64,000 nucleotides of DNA from Bugula neritina (taxonomy: Eukaryota; Animalia; Bryozoa), in the NCBI GenBank assembly GCA_964035545.1, contig OZ037766.1, positions 9,848,722-9,912,721 of the forward strand, in the 5' to 3' direction. The position numbers were made by a program, and so were the translations under genes. How positions within the stretch are numbered: position 1 is the stretch's first letter; the number at the start of each line of letters is the position of its first letter. Under the pieces are notes generated by a model that was not told where the DNA came from, did not search any database, and was given only the letters and a program-made list of their open reading frames with translations. Of this stretch, positions 58,643 to 64,000 are shown one piece after another.

Positions 58643-61600
58643 ATGCCGTTTTTTATACGAAAAAGAGGCCGGACTGTTGTTAACCAGAAGTCCAAGGTGA
58701 GATACAAACCATTTACAAAATGCTAATTTGGTAAAAGTGACAATGGTAATGGCTGTGAAAATATATATTCCATTCTGCTCGATGGTGAAGTAATAGGGAG
58801 AAAAAAGAAAGGGTGGCAGAAAGCGAAGTGGCTAAATTCAAGTCCATTTAACTTCATACAAAAACTGGTTAAAGATTGAAATTAAAGCCAAATTTTTTTA
58901 AATGTGCTCTAATATGTAATTACAAAAAAAAGTAAAACCTGTTTCAATATTAGTTAAAACTGTTCAATGTCTTGCATGTTGATTACTGCACTGGCCAAAC
59001 CTTTGAAGGTAAAGTAGTGGCAATAATTAAAGACTTTAGCAAGATTCTGATTAAATTATATTACATAATTGAAATACTCTACAAAGTCAGTTAAGAAGTC
59101 TGATAAGGAATCTTGAAGTCATGCAAAAACATTGCAACTTCTAATACATTTCGTGTTTGGTCACTTATTTTTTCAACCTAGGTAAGAGGTAGAAACAAAG
59201 CTTTACCCGATGCTAGTCGTAAGCCAAAGCTCTCAAAAGCAGAAGATGTTGAACTTTCTGACGATGGATCTGATGAAGAAATACCAAGGTACAGACTTTT
59301 TTAATTTGGCCCAATAAAAGAAGCAAAAGTTGAAAATTGAATTATTGATGTTGAATAAAATGTATAATTTTTCTGATGCAACAAAAAGAGCAAGATAGTC
59401 TTATATTTAATATTTACATAGAAAATAATCACATTGAACTGGTTTTTGGTTAAATTATGTATGGTTGAAAACATTTAAGCTGTGTTTCTTTTAGCTATAA
59501 ATTTTATCTGTTCTGCTTTTGTCAATCAAAATAATAAATAGAATATGCAAAACTATTCATATTTATCATGCTGGCATATTTAAAATTATTAAATAAGTTG
59601 CTAATGTGATTATCAAATAATATAGGTACGTTATAAAATTATACATGTAAAACTCTATTTCACACAGAAATGTATGTACTTGTATTTTTCTGTAGGGTTG
59701 TGAAAGTTTTGTTGAAAAAATTATTATATTAATATTATTAAATATATTTTGTACCACAAGATTGTATTGATTTTATTTTCATATTTATTTCATCTACAAA
59801 ATTGATAACTCCTGGCTAATCATACATGGCTGCAATTTTATGTAAGATTTTGAATGAAGACTTTTGCAAATATTTCATTTTAGTGATGAGGAGAATGTTG
59901 GTAGAAGTTCAGATTCCGACTCTGAACTGGAAAGAGAAACTGCTCAGGAGAAGCGACTGAGGATTGCAAAGGAGTATCTCAGTCAAGTTGAAGCTGAAAG
60001 TAAGTATATCTACTATTATATAACAATTTACAATCTTTATTTATTAAATTTTTCACTTATCTGCTTTAAAAGATTTTTAAAAAAACTTTTTTATAAGTGT
60101 TCAAAGGAGTTTTAGCACCGTGTAGTACTTTGTAATTGCTGCCTTTGACTACAATTATAAGCATTTGAGAGTCAATTGTCCCGGTGTAACTTGAAAACAG
60201 TAAACGTGGCTGTGAGTTTCTGATAGCTGTGCTGGAACAAATTAATTACCTTTTCGCCGTGTCAGAAAATGGTGGTATATCTGCTGGTATATCTTGTTGC
60301 ATTAGATAGAAATATTTATCTGAAACTATCAGTGGGATATTTTTGTAGTTGATGAGGCAGCTGACTCCGAGGAAGACACAGATGGGCTCCTGTCCCGCCA
60401 CTTACAGCATGACGCAGTAAGATCAACAGCATGTCTGTGGATGATATGCTGATTACTCATAAACATTGTTTTTTATATTTACATTTTAGCAATTATTTTA
60501 TTAAATTATTGACTTTTCTTGATTACCACAAGGATACACGTGTGTGGCTGTTAACTACGTGAATATCATGGGTGTATTTGTAGAGGAAGCTGAAAGGGAA
60601 GCATTTTGTCCCTGTAGCAGAGCATGTAAGTTCACTACATTGTGGTTATGTTTCTATAGTATAATTTATCAACTGCTCGATTTTATTACATTGTGGAGAT
60701 CTTCTACTCACAGACTGGTTGTTTGTATTAGTGGTTATATCACAGCTGTAAGAAAGAAGTGCTGGTGTTGACTACACATGATGCAGTATTATATAAACAT
60801 GGACGTACACGAATTTTCTATTGTAGATATTGGAGCCTAAACCTGAAGATATCACATTATTAAAAGGACATCAACTCTCACTAACATGTGTAGTTATCTC
60901 ACCGGACAACTTATTCATATATACTGGCTCCAAAGATTGCTCGGTTATAAAATGTGAGCCAATATGAGTTATATACACTTTTAAATCAGATCTTTATTGT
61001 ATTTGCTATTCTCCTTTTCTCAACTCCCATTTCCATTTGAATAGCATTCTGTTTTTACATTTAGGGGATGTTCAGACTCAGAAAAAGGTGCACACAGCTC
61101 ATGGAGGAAGGAAAAGTACTGTGTTAATCCATAAAGGGCACACTACTCACATTCTCTCTATGGCTATTAGCAGCAGTGGCAAATTCTTGGTTTGTATTTG
61201 CTTTTATATCTCCTCAGTACTTGTTCAGTATTTCAATACATGTGCATTTTGCTTGTACACTATGGGAATGTTTTATATTTACGAGGCATATTTTATAATT
61301 TATTCCAGATACTGCGTTTAAACTGTTTGTCTCTTTTCTATCGAATGCAAAAATATTTATAGCAGAAAATCTGGTTTTTGAAATACAGAAATCATTTTAT
61401 AATTTTAGAAGCTCTAGCATACCCTACTACGTCGGCCTTTATGTTTATTTGAGTAGTTTCAATTTTTAGGCATATAACGTTGTGTACAATTATTCAGGTA
61501 ACTGGTGATCAAGCTGCCCAAATTATAGTGTGGAATCCTCAAAGTATGGAAATATTGCGTACATTCAATGGTCATAAAGCAGCAGTAACGGTAGGTCTTG

Positions 61601-64000
61601 CTTTCTATAGAGTTTTAAGTATTTTTAACAGTTGATTACATTAACTGGTTCTTAATAGAAGTTATCTGTTCTACATATTATATTTTTGTAAAATATTTCT
61701 ATTCTTAATTTTTAGTTTCTTTAAAGCATTAAAGACTTTTTCAATGACCTTCATAATGTTTTTGTTATTCAGCCTTTTTGTCTTATCTATCTAAAATAGT
61801 TACCACCTATTTATGGAATTTACATATTAAATTTTTGTAAGAAAGTTTTGAAACATGGAATTATTTTGAGTGTTAATTGGCAGTTAACTTCTTATTTGTA
61901 TGAAAAAGTGTTTAAATTGATTTTCCAAAATTTAGAATTTTAAGAAAATATAATTTTATTCGTTTTAGTGCTTCACATTGAAATCTTCAAAAATAGTTGC
62001 ATAAATATATTAAAAATATTTCAGGGGTTAGCTTTTCGAAGAGAAAGTCATGAGTTATTTAGTGCATCTAAGGATAAATCTGTGAAAGTTTGGTCGTTGG
62101 ATGAAATGGCGTACGTAGAAACAGTGTTTGGCCATCAAGATTCGGTGCTAGCTATAGATGCTATGATGAAAGAGCGAGCAGTCTCAGTTGGTGGTAGGGA
62201 TAACACAGTGAGGGTGTGGAAGATTGTTGAAGAATCACAATTCGTATACAACAGCACAGGGTGAGTGGTTCAAACAAATGTCCAAAACATTTAGCTATGC
62301 AGGGTGAAATGTAGAGCTGTTGAGAAATATTTAGATTGTCATTCTAGAAATTTTTACGGGGCTAAGGATACAAGAATAAGCTAACATGTCAAGTCTGCTC
62401 ACTCACCCATACGAGTTCGTTTTCGCAAAATTAGCAAACCAATTTCTCATACTTTGAAAATAACAATAGCACATTGAAAGCTCCTTAGTACCAACATCTG
62501 GTTTGCTATTAGTACTTGACTAAAGTAATCTGCTCACTGTTGCTGATGTTTAGCATTTTCAGTATCAGTTTTGTTGCTAATACCAGTATTAGGGGTTCTA
62601 TTTTATTGTTATGTGTAGGATTTTAGTGTTTATAGGATAAGTCTACAGATATGGATTGTAGAAATAACTACATGAAAACTGCTTCATATTAATTTTCAAT
62701 TATGTAAGCTAGGTATAGATGTACCCATAAATTATACCATTGAAAAACCAGTGTACGAGGAAACAGACTAGAATATAACTTAGGCCTAGCACTGGCTAAC
62801 ATTCTCCACAACTGCAAAAGATCTATTCTGTTGGCTATACTGCTTTTCAATTTCCACTTAAGAGAAATCAAGTTAATTCAAATAGAAGCAAGTTAGATTA
62901 TCAAGTTTATATAACCATTACAAACATGCTGTTTACGGTCATCATTGCTTGCTTTTATGTTTGTTTACTAAACTGAAAAAACATTGACTTTATATCGTTT
63001 TTTATAATATAGTGAATAGTTTTCAAATGTGTGTTTGTAGAGGATCTCTAGATTGTGTATGCCTAATAGATGAGGAAAAATTTGTAACTGGCTCTGACTC
63101 AAAGTAAGTTTTCATTTTATGTAGCTTGCCCATTGCTAATAGTCAACAAATGAAATGGTAACGAAAGCAATATATTATTTTTGTGTTCACGCAGTGCATG
63201 GTTTAGTTCAATGTTTCTTACAGCGAACTTTGTGTGTGGAAAGTTTTGAAAAAGAAGCCAGTTTCTACCATCTCTAATGCACATGAAGGAAGCGGAGAAT
63301 GCTGGATAAATTGTGTTAGAGCTTTGAGAAACACAGATCTGTTAGCTTCTGGTCAGTGTTTTGCTATAGCTGCATAATGCATTTACAAATGTGTCAAGTA
63401 ACCAACACAGATCATTTGGTTGTCCATTATTTTTAACAAATTTATTTTACCCAACATTGTTTTTTAGGATCCAATTCTGGAAATATCAAACTTTGGAAAG
63501 TTTCTCATTCAGGAGCTCTTAGTTCTATCCATTCAATAACCGTGGTGAGAAACAGTTAATCACTCTCATTTACAATCAAACCTTTGTTTGAATTATTCAT
63601 AATTGACTATTCTCAAGGTTGCTCCACACTTGGGTGGTTACGGGATAAAAATGGCCGTTTCACATGTTGAAGCTGACCATCAAAAAATTGAACCAACAGG
63701 CATATTTAGACAGTTGCCAGACTGGAAACTTGTGTTAACATTGTTGTCAAAAAAATATATCCAACTCCTAAACAAATTAGCCAAAGTGCTGGCTTAGAAA
63801 AATGTTCATAGCCGAAAAATTGTCCAAGTCTAAGGGTGGACCAACTTTTAATGCAAATATCATGATCCTTAGCTTTTATATTGCATCTTTTAGCCTGGAT
63901 TTGTGAACGACCTACAGTTTGCAAGTGGTGGGAAGTTTCTTGTTGCTGCATTAGGCCAAGAGCATAAACTCGGCAGATGGTGGACTATGAAAGAAGCTAA
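58643..64000 (+). CDS. RRP9: U3 snoRNP-associated WD40 protein RRP9 (U3-55K), 3' end beyond the window
   Basis: Exons 58643-58696, 59182-59288, 59884-59999, 60349-60416, 60584-60625, 60827-60953, 61065-61189, 61498-61590, 62025-62260, 63041-63103, 63224-63351, 63468-63544, 63894->64000. ETAQEKRLRIAKEYL, MAYVETVFGHQD, VRVWKIVEESQ, LCVWKVLKKKP and GQEHKLGRWW are RRP9 hallmarks. Confidence 0.95.

Overview
AT-rich, CpG-depleted eukaryotic (invertebrate animal-like) genomic DNA with spliced genes; not prokaryotic. In order: the 3' end and 3' LTR of a probable LTR retrotransposon, apparently inside an intron of an unidentified + strand gene whose last two exons follow; an intronless methyltransferase-fold ORF (-); an ESE-subfamily ETS factor (EHF/ELF3/ELF5-like, +); a 5'-truncated LINE; VMA21 (+) tail-to-tail with CCDC59/TAP26 (-); DNAJB9/ERdj4 (+); two tandem PAK kinase genes (-), one with a CRIB domain and a GC-AG intron and one divergent and apparently CRIB-less; and RRP9 (+, runs off the window). 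The most unusual signal is a set of six 0.3-1.5 kb 'hexamer-mosaic islands'. They consist of degenerate A-N-T-N-W-N units in both orientations and share identical words between loci. They lie only beside the CpG-containing putative promoter cores, seemingly in first 5'-UTR introns. All exon models were read by eye from splice signals and reading frame; TSSs and UTR exons are inferred.
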